In this document: positions 42,560 to 52,352 of the stretch, piece after piece | Layout: every line of letters starts with the position of its first letter | Position numbering within the stretch: the stretch's first letter is position 1 | Notes under the pieces: generated by a model | Databases searched by the model: none | Told to the model about the DNA's origin: nothing | What the model saw: only the letters and a program-made list of their open reading frames with translations | Translations under genes and position numbers: made by a program | Assembly (NCBI GenBank): GCA_003221005.1 | Contig: QHTZ01000079.1 | Location: 13,750 to 77,749 of the forward strand | Length of the DNA: 64,000 nucleotides | Direction of reading: 5' to 3' | DNA from: Gemmatimonadota bacterium | Lineage (GTDB): Bacteria > Gemmatimonadota > Gemmatimonadetes > Gemmatimonadales > GWC2-71-9

Positions 42560-43309
42560 TCAGGTGGCGGGCGCCTGCACAAGTTGCGCCCACGCTTCGG
42601 GATCGAGCGAGGCTCCGCCCACGAGCACGCCGTCGAGCTCGCGCTCGGCGAGGAGCTCCGCGATGTTCTTGAGGTTCACGCTCCCTCCGTAGAGCACGCG
42701 GCTCCGCGGCACGCCCCGCGCGGTGAGCCAGCTCCGGATCTCCTTGTGCACGGCGCCCGCATCCTGCGGCGTCGCGTTTCGGCCGGTACCGATCGCCCAC
42801 ACCGGCTCGTACGCGATGATGACGCGGGCCAGGGCCGCTCCGTCCAGAGCGCCGAGGGCGCCGGAGAGCTGGCGGTTTACGACGGCCAACGTGTGGCCCG
42901 CGTCGCGCTCGGCGAGCGTTTCGCCGACGCACAGCATCGGCACGAGGCCGGCCGCGAGCGCCGCGGTCAGCTTTTTGCGCGTGTCCTCGTCCGTTTCGCC
43001 AAACACGTGCCGGCGCTCGGAGTGGCCGATCAGCGCCGCTTTGGCGCCAGCCTGCGCTGCGAGCGGCGCGGAGATGGCGCCGGTGAACGCGCCCTTCGGC
43101 TCCCAGTGGATATCCTGCACGCCGACGAGCAGGTCGGCGCGCTCACGCGCGGCCTGGGCGGCGGCTTCGAGCGACACGGCGGGGGGGAAGAACCAGGCCT
43201 CGCGGCGCTCATGGCGGTTGTAGCGGGCGCGAAAGGTCTTCATGTAGGCCCGGGCGTCGTCGGGGCCGAGATTCATCTTCCAATTGGCCGCGAAGAGGAG
43301 GTCCCTCAC
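42560..43309 (-). CDS. tpiA: Triosephosphate isomerase
   Basis: [35 protein letters not shown]. Confidence 0.98.
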   Translation of the reverse strand: MRDLLFAANWKMNLGPDDARAYMKTFRARYNRHERREAWFFPPAVSLEAAAQAARERADLLVGVQDIHWEPKGAFTGAISAPLAAQAGAKAALIGHSERRHVFGETDEDTRKKLTAALAAGLVPMLCVGETLAERDAGHTLAVVNRQLSGALGALDGAALARVIIAYEPVWAIGTGRNATPQDAGAVHKEIRSWLTARGVPRSRVLYGGSVNLKNIAELLAERELDGVLVGGASLDPEAWAQLVQAPAT

Positions 43310-44487
43310 GCGGCTTCGAGCGCGGCGACGCCGGGAAGCGTCTTCCCCTCCAGGAAGTCGAGCGACGCCCCGCCGCCGGTCGAGACGTGAGTGAATTTCT
43401 CCTCAAGGCCCCGGACCGCGGCTGCGGAGTCGCCCCCGCCAACCACGGTGATGGCGCCCCGCTTCCCGGCCTCGATCAGCGCCTCGGCCACCGCGCGGGT
43501 GCCCTCATCGAACGGCGGCGTCTCGAACACACCCATGGGACCGTTCCAAACCACGGTCTTGGCGCGGAGAATGTGCGCGCGGAAGTCGAGTTGCGTCGTG
43601 TGATCGATGTCGAACACGGCGCAGTCGGCGGGGATGCGGTCGCAGGGGACTTCGCGGCGCTCGTCGCGGCGCTCGAGGCTCGGGGCCACCACGGCGCCGC
43701 GAGGCAGGATCAACTTCGAGCCCGCCTTGGCGATCAGGGCTTTGGCGAGGTCCACCTTGTCCCGCTCCACGAGCGACTTGCCGACCGTAAAGTCGACCGC
43801 GAGAAAGAACGTGTTCGCCATCGCGCCGCCGACCAGGATCTGGTCCACCCGCGGCAGCAGCGCTTCGATCACGTCGATCTTCCCCGAAATCTTGGCACCG
43901 CCGAGCACGGCGAGGAACGGCCGCTTGGGGTGCTGGAGCGCGTCGCCGAGGTAGCGCAGCTCGCGCTCCACCAGGAATCCCGCCACGGCCGGCTTAAGGA
44001 GATGGGCCACGGCTTCGGTGGACGCGTGCGCGCGGTGCGCGGTGCCGAACGCGTCGTTCACGTAGAAATCCCCCAGCGCGGCGAACGTCCGGGCGAGCTC
44101 GGGATCGTTCTGCTCCTCGCCCGGCCAGAAGCGCACGTTCTCCACGAGCGCGACGCCGCCGCGCGGCAGCCGGCGCGTCGCGGCAATGCCCGCCGCCGGA
44201 TCGGGGATGAAGTCCACGGGGGTGCCGAGCAGCTGCTCGAGGGTGCGGACGATATGCCGCAGCGACAGCGTCGGGTCGGGACCCGTCGGACGGTCTAGGT
44301 GCGACAGCAGGATGACGCGCGTCCCCTTGTCGCGCAGATACTTGATGGTCGGGAGCGCGGCGCGGATGCGCGTGTCGTCAGCTACGCCGCTGTCCTTCGC
44401 CAGGGGGACGTTGAAGTCCACCCGCACCAGCGCCCGCTTGCCGTCGAGCGCCTCCGCGGGAAGGTCTCGTAGGTTGCGCGGACTCAC
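43306..44487 (-). CDS. pgk: Phosphoglycerate kinase
   Basis: [40 protein letters not shown]; GTG 44487. Confidence 0.97.
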   Translation of the reverse strand: MSPRNLRDLPAEALDGKRALVRVDFNVPLAKDSGVADDTRIRAALPTIKYLRDKGTRVILLSHLDRPTGPDPTLSLRHIVRTLEQLLGTPVDFIPDPAAGIAATRRLPRGGVALVENVRFWPGEEQNDPELARTFAALGDFYVNDAFGTAHRAHASTEAVAHLLKPAVAGFLVERELRYLGDALQHPKRPFLAVLGGAKISGKIDVIEALLPRVDQILVGGAMANTFFLAVDFTVGKSLVERDKVDLAKALIAKAGSKLILPRGAVVAPSLERRDERREVPCDRIPADCAVFDIDHTTQLDFRAHILRAKTVVWNGPMGVFETPPFDEGTRAVAEALIEAGKRGAITVVGGGDSAAAVRGLEEKFTHVSTGGGASLDFLEGKTLPGVAALEAA

Positions 44488-45494
44488 CGCCGCCCGGCGA
44501 TGTACGCGAGCAGATCGAGGCAGCGCGCCGAGTACCCCATCTCGTTGTCGTACCACGACGACACGTGGACGAAAGTGCCGTCGATCACGTTGGTGGACAG
44601 GGAGTCCACCACGCTCGAGTACAGGCTGCCGATGTAGTCGACGGACACGAGCGGCTCGTCGCTCACATCGAGGATCCCCCGCAGCGCGCCCTGCGCGGCC
44701 TGCTTGAAGGCAGCGTTGACTTCCGCGATCGTCGTCTTCTTCTCGACCTCGGCGGTGAGATCGACCACGGAGACGTCCGGCGTAGGCACGCGCAGCGCGA
44801 TGCCGTCGATCTTGCCCTTCACCTCAGGGATCACGAGGCTCGTGGCTTTGGCGGCACCCGTCGTGGTCGGGATGATGCTCAGCGCGGCCGCCCGGGCGCG
44901 CCGCAAGTCCTTGTGGGGTAGGTCGAGAATCGCCTGATCGTTCGTGTAGCTGTGCACCGTGGTCATGAAACCGTGGCGAAACCCCCAGTTGTCGATGACC
45001 ACCTTGACCACCGGAACGAGGCAGTTCGTCGTGCACGACGCGTTGGAGATGATGTGATGCTTGGCGGGGTCGTACTTCTGATGATTCACGCCCATCACGA
45101 TGGTGATGTCTTCGCCCTTCGCCGGCGCCGAGATCACCACCGTCTTCGCGCCCGCCGCCAGGTGTTTGCAGGCGGTCTCGCGGTCGGTGAAGCGGCCCGT
45201 GCTCTCGAGCACCAGCTCCACGCCCAGGTCCCGCCACGGCAGCTTCTCAGGCTCCTTGATGGCAGTCACTCGAATGGTCTTGCCGTCCACGATCAGGGCG
45301 TCCTCGCCGACCTCGACCTTGGCCGGAAAGCGGCCGTGGATCGAGTCATACTTCAGGAGATGTGCGAGGGTCTTGGGGTCGGTGATGTCGTTTACCGCGG
45401 TGAACTCGACCGCGGTCTGTTTGGTCACCAGCGCGGCGCGCAGCACGTTCCTGCCGATGCGACCGAACCCGTTGATCCCGACCCGTACCGCCAT
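44484..45494 (-). CDS. gap: Glyceraldehyde-3-phosphate dehydrogenase type I
   Basis: [25 protein letters not shown]. Confidence 0.98.
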   Translation of the reverse strand: MAVRVGINGFGRIGRNVLRAALVTKQTAVEFTAVNDITDPKTLAHLLKYDSIHGRFPAKVEVGEDALIVDGKTIRVTAIKEPEKLPWRDLGVELVLESTGRFTDRETACKHLAAGAKTVVISAPAKGEDITIVMGVNHQKYDPAKHHIISNASCTTNCLVPVVKVVIDNWGFRHGFMTTVHSYTNDQAILDLPHKDLRRARAAALSIIPTTTGAAKATSLVIPEVKGKIDGIALRVPTPDVSVVDLTAEVEKKTTIAEVNAAFKQAAQGALRGILDVSDEPLVSVDYIGSLYSSVVDSLSTNVIDGTFVHVSSWYDNEMGYSARCLDLLAYIAGRR

Positions 45495-45504
45495 GCACGG
45501 CTCC

Positions 45505-46287
45505 TTATGAGGTGAAATCCGGAATGGTGGCCCGCCCGAACGTGACGGCCATGACGGACCGCGCGCCGGCAGCCTCCAGGGCCTGGGCCGCGGCCCCCAG
45601 AGTCGCGCCCGTCGTGAAGACGTCGTCCACCAAAATCAATGTGGAATTCGGAATGCGGAATGCGGAATCGACCGCGGACAATTCATTCCGCATTCCGCAT
45701 TCCCCATTCCGCATTGCAAACGCCCCCGCCACATTCGCTAGACGCGAGGCCGGTGTCAACGTCGTTTGGGTTACCGTCTCGCGGGTCCGGACCAGCAGCT
45801 CCGCCACGGGGTGCCCCCAGCGCGCGCCGAGGCCGCGGGCGAGGAGCGCGCTCTGGTTGTAGCCCCGTGTGCGCTGCCGCCGCGGGCCGAGCGGGACGGG
45901 GACGAGGACAGCTGCGTGGCCGTCAGGAATCGGCAGGGTCACGCGCGCCGCCGCCGCAGCCAGGTCATCGGCCATGCGGGGGAGACCGCCGTACTTGAGG
46001 GCGTGGACCGCGCGCCGGGCCGCCGCGTCCAGCCAGACCGCCGACCGCGCGCAGCGGAGGGCTGCGGGCCAATCGGCGCAGACCCGGCAGCGCCCGAACA
46101 GGGGCTCGGGGTGCCCGCAGCGCTCGCACCAGGGAGGTACGACGGGACGCCAGCGGTGCCGGCACAGCAGGCAAACGAGGTCAGGGGAGCGATCGAACGG
46201 CAGCAACGCACGGCACAGCAGGCATTCGGCCGGGAACAGCAGCTGTTCGAGAGCCCTAGCGGCGGAGCTCCCGGGCGAGGGCGGCAC
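45505..46287 (-). CDS. comF: ComF family protein (Zn-finger plus PRTase) with in-frame repeat insert
   Basis: C..C pairs, [26 protein letters not shown]. Confidence 0.9.
   Translation of the reverse strand: MPPSPGSSAARALEQLLFPAECLLCRALLPFDRSPDLVCLLCRHRWRPVVPPWCERCGHPEPLFGRCRVCADWPAALRCARSAVWLDAAARRAVHALKYGGLPRMADDLAAAAARVTLPIPDGHAAVLVPVPLGPRRQRTRGYNQSALLARGLGARWGHPVAELLVRTRETVTQTTLTPASRLANVAGAFAMRNGECGMRNELSAVDSAFRIPNSTLILVDDVFTTGATLGAAAQALEAAGARSVMAVTFGRATIPDFTS
45643..45717. repeat. Palindromic heptamer repeat (GGAATGC)n/(ATTCCGC)n inside comF
   Basis: Arms 45643-45668 and 45685-45710 are reverse complements at 24/26 positions; 16-nt loop. Confidence 0.93.
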
Positions 46288-47077
46288 GCATCACCTCCGT
46301 AGGGGCCTGAGCCTCGGGGAAGAATCGTCCGAACGCCGCGACGCCCTGCTGGAGCAGCATTTCCCGGCCGTCCTGTGCCGCCACGCCAGCCGTGCGGAGC
46401 GTGCGCACCCACCGCGTCTCCCCCGCGGCGTAGACGAGGTCGAGGGCGGCGCGCAGCCGCGGGGCCTTGGCGGGCTCGAGCGGCAGGGGATCGCCCTCCC
46501 TAAGGCCCAGCGGCGTCGTGTTGATCGCCACGTCCGTCTCGAGGGCGCCGCGCGCCGCGCGGGCCTGCGCGCCGCGACTCGTGGCCCAGGCGGCGAACGT
46601 CTGGGCGCGCGCCGCGTCGCGCGACAGCACTTGGAGCTCGGCCCGCGCCTGCGCTGCCGCGACGGCGATGGCGCGGGCCGCGCCCCCGGTACCGATCACC
46701 AGCCAGCGGTCGGCGCCGTCCGCTCCGAGCTGCTTGAGCGAGGCGAGTACCCCCGCGACGTCCGTGTTGTCGCCCACGAGCGTCCCCTGCTCGCTCCAGA
46801 ACGTATTGCACGCGCCCACGCGGGCGCACAGATCCGTTTTCCGCGTGAGGCATCGTTCCGCCGCCTCTTTGTGCGGCACGGTCACGTTCCCTGCTGCTCC
46901 CACCGCCGCGCAGGCGGAGAGCAACGCCGGCAGCGCGGTGGCGGGACACCGCAGTGCCACGTAGACGGCGTCGATCCCCAGCGCGCGGAACGCGGCGTTG
47001 TGCATCGCGGGAGACAGCGAGTGTTCGACGGGATCGCCGATCACCGCCAGGAGGCGGGTGCTAGCGCTGATCTCCAC
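46256..47077 (-). CDS. aroE: Shikimate dehydrogenase
   Basis: HSLSPAMHN, NVTVPHK, NTD, GTGGAARA, NTTPLG, DG..ML..QG. Confidence 0.95.
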   Translation of the reverse strand: MEISASTRLLAVIGDPVEHSLSPAMHNAAFRALGIDAVYVALRCPATALPALLSACAAVGAAGNVTVPHKEAAERCLTRKTDLCARVGACNTFWSEQGTLVGDNTDVAGVLASLKQLGADGADRWLVIGTGGAARAIAVAAAQARAELQVLSRDAARAQTFAAWATSRGAQARAARGALETDVAINTTPLGLREGDPLPLEPAKAPRLRAALDLVYAAGETRWVRTLRTAGVAAQDGREMLLQQGVAAFGRFFPEAQAPTEVMRAALARELRR

Positions 47078-47537
47078 GGCCCGCCTCCGTGACGATGCGG
47101 TCCACCGCCGCGGCGACGAGCGTCGCGAGCTCGGTACAGGTGTCGCGATACACGTCGAGGTCGCCGCCGAACGGGTCGCTGACTTCGGCCCCCTCGGGTC
47201 CGCGACCCACGTACTCGCCGATCACGAACACCCGTCCCTCACCACCCAGCTCGTCCACACGCGCGCGGTGGTGGCGTGCCATCGTGAGAATGAGATCGGA
47301 CTGCTCGACCAGATCCCGCGTGAGCAGACGGGCGCGGTGACCGGAGAGATCGAGCCCTTGCTCCAGCCCTACCAGGTAGGCGCCCTCCGACGCCGGCGCG
47401 CCGTCCCAGGCCCCGGTGCCCGCGGAGGACACCTCGATCCCGTCCACCGCCCGCTCGGCGAGCGCGCGCTGCATCAGCGCCGCTGCGAGCGGGCTGCGGC
47501 AAATGTTTCCGGTGCATACCAAGAGAATCTTTTTCAT
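47061..47537 (-). CDS. Low-molecular-weight protein phosphatase (Tyr/Arg, YwlE-like)
   Basis: VCTGNICRSP P-loop, SAGT, DPFGG. Confidence 0.92.
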   Translation of the reverse strand: MKKILLVCTGNICRSPLAAALMQRALAERAVDGIEVSSAGTGAWDGAPASEGAYLVGLEQGLDLSGHRARLLTRDLVEQSDLILTMARHHRARVDELGGEGRVFVIGEYVGRGPEGAEVSDPFGGDLDVYRDTCTELATLVAAAVDRIVTEAGRGDQR

Positions 47538-47541
47538 CGAA

Positions 47542-48195
47542 TCATGGCGCCAGCCGCCCCGCCGTGCGTCGCAGGTCCGCCAGCGTGAGCGCCCCCTCGC
47601 GCACGAGGCGCGGCGTCGGCCGCGTGCAGTCAACCACGGTGGAAGGGGGGGAGTTCCCGAGGACCCCGCCGTCCAACACGAGCAGCGTCCCGTCGGCCAC
47701 GGCCCAGCCGAAGTCGCGGACGATCGCCGCGGCGCCAGGCGCCGGCGGCATGCCCGGGAGGTTGGCCGAGGTGGAGGTGAGGGGCTCGCCCAACGCCGCC
47801 ACGAGCCGCGCAGTTCCGTGATGCGAGGTCCAGCGCACCGCGATTCCGCCCTCGGGCCCGCGAAGCTCGTTGGGGAGCCGTCCTCCGCCCCCCGGCAGCA
47901 CCAGTGTGAGCGGGCCGGGCCAGAACGCCCGCGCGAGCGCGTTCGCCGCTTCGCTGAAGGCGAGCCCGTGCGCCTCCGCCATGGAGCGGTCGCTCACGAG
48001 CAGAAGGAAAGGCTTGTCGGCCCGCCGACCCTTGAGGCGGGCGAGCGCCAGCACGTCGGGGAGCCGGGCGCGCGAGCCGAGGCCGTACACGGTTTCGGTG
48101 GGATAGGCGAGCAGGCCGCCGGAGCGGAGGTGGGCCACGATGCTCGGCAAGGCGGCGTCGATCTCGTCGGCGCGTGCGAAGGGAAGCGGGTTCAC
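47542..48195 (-). CDS. tsaC: Threonylcarbamoyl-AMP synthase (Sua5/TsaC)
   Basis: PTETVYGL, KGR...KP, WPGPLT, TSANL, PSTVVD. Confidence 0.93.
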   Translation of the reverse strand: MNPLPFARADEIDAALPSIVAHLRSGGLLAYPTETVYGLGSRARLPDVLALARLKGRRADKPFLLLVSDRSMAEAHGLAFSEAANALARAFWPGPLTLVLPGGGGRLPNELRGPEGGIAVRWTSHHGTARLVAALGEPLTSTSANLPGMPPAPGAAAIVRDFGWAVADGTLLVLDGGVLGNSPPSTVVDCTRPTPRLVREGALTLADLRRTAGRLAP

Positions 48196-48899
48196 CGCAG
48201 CTCACGCGCTAGCGCCTCAGCGATGCGGAAATCGTCGCTCGTCGTCACCTTCAGGTTGTGTGGGGAGTCCGCCACCACTTCCACCGCGAAGCCGGCGCGC
48301 TCGCACAGCTCCGCGTCGTCGGTGGGGAGGGCGTTGTCGCCCCGCAGCCGGCTGTAGGCCTGCTCCAGCATGCTCCGGGGGAAGCCCTGCGGCGTTTGCG
48401 CCCGCCACAGACGGTCGCGTGCCACGGTGTGTGCGACGCGGTTCCCGTCCACCACTTCCTTGATCGTGTCGCTCATCGGCACCGCCGCGGCGGCGCCCAC
48501 GCCGGCGCGGGCGCGGGCGATCACCTCATCGATCGTCTCACGGCTCACGAAGGGACGCGCGGCGTCGTGGATGAGGACTACGGTCGTTTCGACGGTGAGC
48601 GCCGCCAGTCCCGCGCGCACGGAGTCCGGGCGCGTGGCGCCTCCCGTCACGAGCGCCAGCCGCTCGCCCCGCAGCTTGCCGAGCCACTCCGGTGGCCGCT
48701 CGGCGAACCCGGGGGGGAGTGCGACCACGACCTGCCCGACGTCGGGATGCGACGTGAACGGCCGCAGGGCCCGCAGCAACATCGGAATGCCGAAGATGGA
48801 GCGGAACTGCTTCGGGTCGCCGGGGCCGGCCCGCACCCCCGCGCCCGCGGCGACGACGATCACCCCGACCTCAGGCAGCGAGCTGGCCGGCGAGCTCAC
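48192..48899 (-). CDS. ispD: 2-C-methyl-D-erythritol 4-phosphate cytidylyltransferase
   Basis: AAG.G.R...PKQF, GGATR..SV, HDAARP, QTPQGF, TDD, NLKVTT. Confidence 0.96.
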   Translation of the reverse strand: MSSPASSLPEVGVIVVAAGAGVRAGPGDPKQFRSIFGIPMLLRALRPFTSHPDVGQVVVALPPGFAERPPEWLGKLRGERLALVTGGATRPDSVRAGLAALTVETTVVLIHDAARPFVSRETIDEVIARARAGVGAAAAVPMSDTIKEVVDGNRVAHTVARDRLWRAQTPQGFPRSMLEQAYSRLRGDNALPTDDAELCERAGFAVEVVADSPHNLKVTTSDDFRIAEALARELR

Positions 48900-50232
48900 C
48901 GATCCCTGCCATCCCCACGACTACGATGCCTTCCGCCGCGACGGACGAGCGCGCCGACACAAACGCGCGGTGGAACCCCTGTCGCGCGGCCTCGGCGAGT
49001 CGCCGCTCGATCGCGGCCACCGGCCGGATCTCGCCACCCAGGCCCACCTCGCCCAGGAACAGCGCATCGGCGGGGACCGGTCGGTTGGCCACGCTCGACA
49101 CCAGAGCCGCGGTCACGGCCAGGTCGGTGGACGGCTCGAGCAGTCGCACGCCACCCGTCACGTTGACGAACACGTCCAGATCCCGGAACGGCATCCCGCC
49201 GCGCCGCTCGAGCACCGCGAGCAGCAGCGCGAGGCGGCGGTGGTCGAGGCCCGTGGCCACGCGCTGCGGCGTCCCGAATCCGGCCTTGGTCGCGAGCGCT
49301 TGGACCTCGACCAGCATCGGCCGCGTGCCCTCCATCAGGGCCGTGACCGCGGAGCCCGAAATTCCGGTCACCCGGCTCGCGAGGAACGCGGCCGCCGGCT
49401 CCGCCACCGGCTCGAGCCCCGACCCGGTCATGCGGAACACGCCCACTTCGTCCACCGACCCGAAGCGATTCTTTACCGCGCGCAGGATGCGGTGGTCGAG
49501 GCTGCTCTCGCCCTCGAAGTAGAGTACGGTGTCCACGATGTGCTCGAGGGTCCGTGGGCCCGCGATGCCCCCGTCCTTGGTGACGTGGCCCACGAGCAGC
49601 ACGGCGGGCCCCGATTCCTTGGCGAACCGCATGAGTCGCGCGGCGCACTCGCGCACCTGGCCAACGTTGCCGGGCGCGCCCTCCAACGCCTCGGTGTAGC
49701 TGGTCTGGATCGAGTCCAGGAACAGCACGCGCGCGCCGAGCGCCGCCGCGTGATGCAGGATGGCCTCGAGCCGGGTTTCGCCGAGCACGTGCACCTGGCC
49801 GGGGTCGTCCGCGAGGCGATCGGCGCGGAGACGCAGCTGCTCGGGGGATTCCTCGCCCGACACGTACAGCGTCGTGACGCCGGCGCGCTCGAGGCGGGCG
49901 GCGCACTGCAGCAGCAGCGTCGATTTCCCGATCCCCGGCTCGCCGCCGACCAGGACGACAGATCCGGGGACCACGCCCCCGCCGAGCACGAAGTCGAACT
50001 CGGCGAGGCCCGTCCGCCACCGCCCTACCCCGCCCCCTTCTACGGCGGACAGGCGGACGGGCGGTCTGCCGGTCAGATCACCGGACCGCCCGACCGCCCG
50101 ACCGCCTGGCCGCCCCGTGGGCTCTTCAACCAGGGTGTTCCAGGCCCCACACGCGTCGCAGCGCCCGCCCCATTTGGGCTGCTCCGCACCGCACTCGCTG
50201 CACCGGAACACCGAGCCAGCCTTAGCTGCCAC
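48871..50232 (-). CDS. radA: DNA repair protein RadA/Sms
   Basis: C..C...C..C finger, GGEPGIGKST, DSIQT, KNRFG motif. Confidence 0.97.
   Translation of the reverse strand: MAAKAGSVFRCSECGAEQPKWGGRCDACGAWNTLVEEPTGRPGGRAVGRSGDLTGRPPVRLSAVEGGGVGRWRTGLAEFDFVLGGGVVPGSVVLVGGEPGIGKSTLLLQCAARLERAGVTTLYVSGEESPEQLRLRADRLADDPGQVHVLGETRLEAILHHAAALGARVLFLDSIQTSYTEALEGAPGNVGQVRECAARLMRFAKESGPAVLLVGHVTKDGGIAGPRTLEHIVDTVLYFEGESSLDHRILRAVKNRFGSVDEVGVFRMTGSGLEPVAEPAAAFLASRVTGISGSAVTALMEGTRPMLVEVQALATKAGFGTPQRVATGLDHRRLALLLAVLERRGGMPFRDLDVFVNVTGGVRLLEPSTDLAVTAALVSSVANRPVPADALFLGEVGLGGEIRPVAAIERRLAEAARQGFHRAFVSARSSVAAEGIVVVGMAGIGELAGQLAA
50044..50115. repeat. Palindromic octamer repeat (GGCGGWCN)4-loop-(GACCGCCY)4 inside radA
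   Basis: GGCGGACA GGCGGACG GGCGGTCT GCCGGTCA / GATCACCG / GACCGCCC GACCGCCC GACCGCCT GGCCGCCC. Confidence 0.85.
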
Positions 50233-51637
50233 GGGTCGCCTCAGGCGGCGCGTCGCGCGGCGAGTAGTTGTCGAAGCGGGTGTACTCCTTCTTGAAGAAC
50301 AGCTTCACGGTCCCGGTGGGCCCGTTGCGCTGCTTCCCGATGGTCAGCTCCGCCAGCCCCTCGATGCTTTCGTTGGTCTTCGGATCCACCGGACCGTCGT
50401 AGAACTCCTGGCGATAGATGAAGCAGACGACATCGGCGTCCTGCTCGATCGCCCCGGACTCTCGCAGGTCGGAGAGCTGCGGGCGCCGGTGCTCGCCCCC
50501 GCGCTGCTCCGGCGCCCGCGACAGCTGCGACAGCGCGACGACCGGGATGTCGAGCTCCTTCGCGAGCGCTTTGAGCGCGCGGGAGATGTAGGAGATCTCC
50601 TGTTGGCGGCTCTCGGCATCGGTGGGGCCCTGCATCAGCTGGAGATAGTCGACAACGAGCATGCCGATGTTGTGCTCCGCCTTGAGGCGCCGGGCCTTGG
50701 AGCGCATGGCCAGGGGAGTGAGGGCGGCCGAGTCGTCGATCCAGATCGGTGCGGTGCCGAGCAGGCCAGCGGCGCGCGCGAGCTTCGGATAGTCGTCGTC
50801 CCGCAACTGGCCGCGCCGCAGCCGCTGCGCGTCCACCAGACCCTCGGAGCAAAGGAGACGCTGCACCAGCTGGTCCTTCGACATCTCGAGCGAGAAGATT
50901 CCCACCCCGACGCTGTGCTCGATCGCGGCGTGCTGCACCACGTTCAGAATGAAGGCCGTCTTCCCCATCGACGGACGCGCCGCCACGATCACGAGGTCCG
51001 CGCGCTGGAACCCGGCGGTCAGACGGTCGAGGTCGGTAAACCCCGTGGCCACTCCCGTCACCGCCCCGTGGCCGCTCTGGAGCTGCTCGATCCGCTCCAT
51101 CGTCGGCCAGATGAGCTCCTTGAGACGAATGAACTCCTCGGTGCGGCGCAGCTGGGCCACCTGGAAGATCCGGTGCTCGGCGTCGTCCAACACTTCGCTC
51201 GGCAGGCCGCGTCCCTCGTACGCTTCCTGGGCGATGTGGGTGGCGGCCTCGATCAGGCGCCGCAGCAAGGCCTTGTCCCGCACGATCCGGGCGTGATACT
51301 CGACGTTCGCGGCGGTCGGCACCACGTCGATCAGGGAGCCGAGGTACTCCATCCCCCCGGCGCGATCGAGGTCGCCGCGCTTCCCCAGCTCCTCGCGCAG
51401 CGTGACAGGATCGATCACGTCGCCGCGCTCGGTGAGGGCCGTCATCGCCCGGTACAGCAGGCGGTGGGCCTCCCGGTAGAACATCGTGTCGTCGAGCAGC
51501 TCGGCGGCCTTGAGGGCCGCATCCTGGTCGAGCAGCATGGCGCCGAGCACGGCCTGCTCCGCCTCGCTGCTCCAGGGAGCCTGGCGGCCGGCGTAGTCGC
51601 GCTCAGTCGAGGAGGCGGCGGGCGATACGGACGTCAT
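50222..51637 (-). CDS. dnaB: Replicative DNA helicase
   Basis: EAEQAVLG, AARPSMGKT, FSLEM, DYLQL, LSQLSR, DLRESGAIEQDAD, KQRNGP. Confidence 0.98.
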   Translation of the reverse strand: MTSVSPAASSTERDYAGRQAPWSSEAEQAVLGAMLLDQDAALKAAELLDDTMFYREAHRLLYRAMTALTERGDVIDPVTLREELGKRGDLDRAGGMEYLGSLIDVVPTAANVEYHARIVRDKALLRRLIEAATHIAQEAYEGRGLPSEVLDDAEHRIFQVAQLRRTEEFIRLKELIWPTMERIEQLQSGHGAVTGVATGFTDLDRLTAGFQRADLVIVAARPSMGKTAFILNVVQHAAIEHSVGVGIFSLEMSKDQLVQRLLCSEGLVDAQRLRRGQLRDDDYPKLARAAGLLGTAPIWIDDSAALTPLAMRSKARRLKAEHNIGMLVVDYLQLMQGPTDAESRQQEISYISRALKALAKELDIPVVALSQLSRAPEQRGGEHRRPQLSDLRESGAIEQDADVVCFIYRQEFYDGPVDPKTNESIEGLAELTIGKQRNGPTGTVKLFFKKEYTRFDNYSPRDAPPEATRGS

Positions 51638-52352
51638 CCCAGGTTGGTCGCTTCCAGTTGGGGTTTCGCAGCAAGGCAGCAGGATGATAGGTAACGATCA
51701 CGGGAATTCCGCGGAATCGGTGCACCTGGTTCCGCAGCGACCCGAGGGATTGCCTGGTGTCGAGCAGGGTCTGCGCCGCCGTGCCGCCCATGGCGAGGAT
51801 CACCTTGGGCTTGAGCAGCTCGACTTGACGGTGCAGGTACGGCAGGCAGGCGGCGATCTCGTCGTACTGCGGTAGGCGGTTTTCGGGCGGCCGACACTTC
51901 ACGACGTTGCAGATGAACACCCGCTCGCGCGGCAGGTCGATCGCGCCGAGGATCTTGGTCAACAGTTCCCCAGCCTTGCCGACGAACGGCCGGCCGGTCT
52001 CGTCTTCCACACGCCCCGGTCCCTCGCCGACGACCACGAGCCGTGCGTCGTCCGGGCCTTCCCCGGGCACGGTGTTGGCCCGACCTTCGCACAGGCGGCA
52101 CTTCGTGCATTCCGCGACCAGCGCCGCGACCGCCTGGAGCGTGGCCGCCTGAGAGACGGGATCCGCGGCAAAGAGATCGGCGCTCGGTGGATCGTAGGAG
52201 ACGCCGGGAGGTGGAAGATCGGCGGATTGGCGGTCAGGCGGTTGAGCAGTGGGAGGCGCAGCGTGGCTGGCGGGCCCGGTGACCACCGGGTTGCCGCCGA
52301 GCAGTCGTTGCTGTTCCAGGTATTCGCGCGCCAGGGCCCGCCCGTCGCTCAC
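51603..52352 (-). CDS. Uracil-DNA glycosylase family 4
   Basis: C..C.L, GEGPG, GRPFVG.AG, NVVKCRPP.NR, TYHPAA. Confidence 0.95.
   Translation of the reverse strand: MSDGRALAREYLEQQRLLGGNPVVTGPASHAAPPTAQPPDRQSADLPPPGVSYDPPSADLFAADPVSQAATLQAVAALVAECTKCRLCEGRANTVPGEGPDDARLVVVGEGPGRVEDETGRPFVGKAGELLTKILGAIDLPRERVFICNVVKCRPPENRLPQYDEIAACLPYLHRQVELLKPKVILAMGGTAAQTLLDTRQSLGSLRNQVHRFRGIPVIVTYHPAALLRNPNWKRPTWDDVRIARRLLD
52221..52252. repeat. Degenerate octamer repeat in UDG N-terminal linker
   Basis: GGCGGATT GGCGGTCA GGCGGTTG AGCAGTGG; same unit as the radA repeat. Confidence 0.6.

Noticed and set aside
44285-44305. Pgk SHLDRP instead of SHLGRP
   Set aside because: Single substitution; cannot be distinguished from natural variation or error
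45643-45717. Repeat as CRISPR array or terminator
   Set aside because: Units are 7 nt with no spacers, no cas genes are present, and it lies inside a coding frame
50222-51637. Intein in DnaB
   Set aside because: Normal length (471 aa) with contiguous motifs
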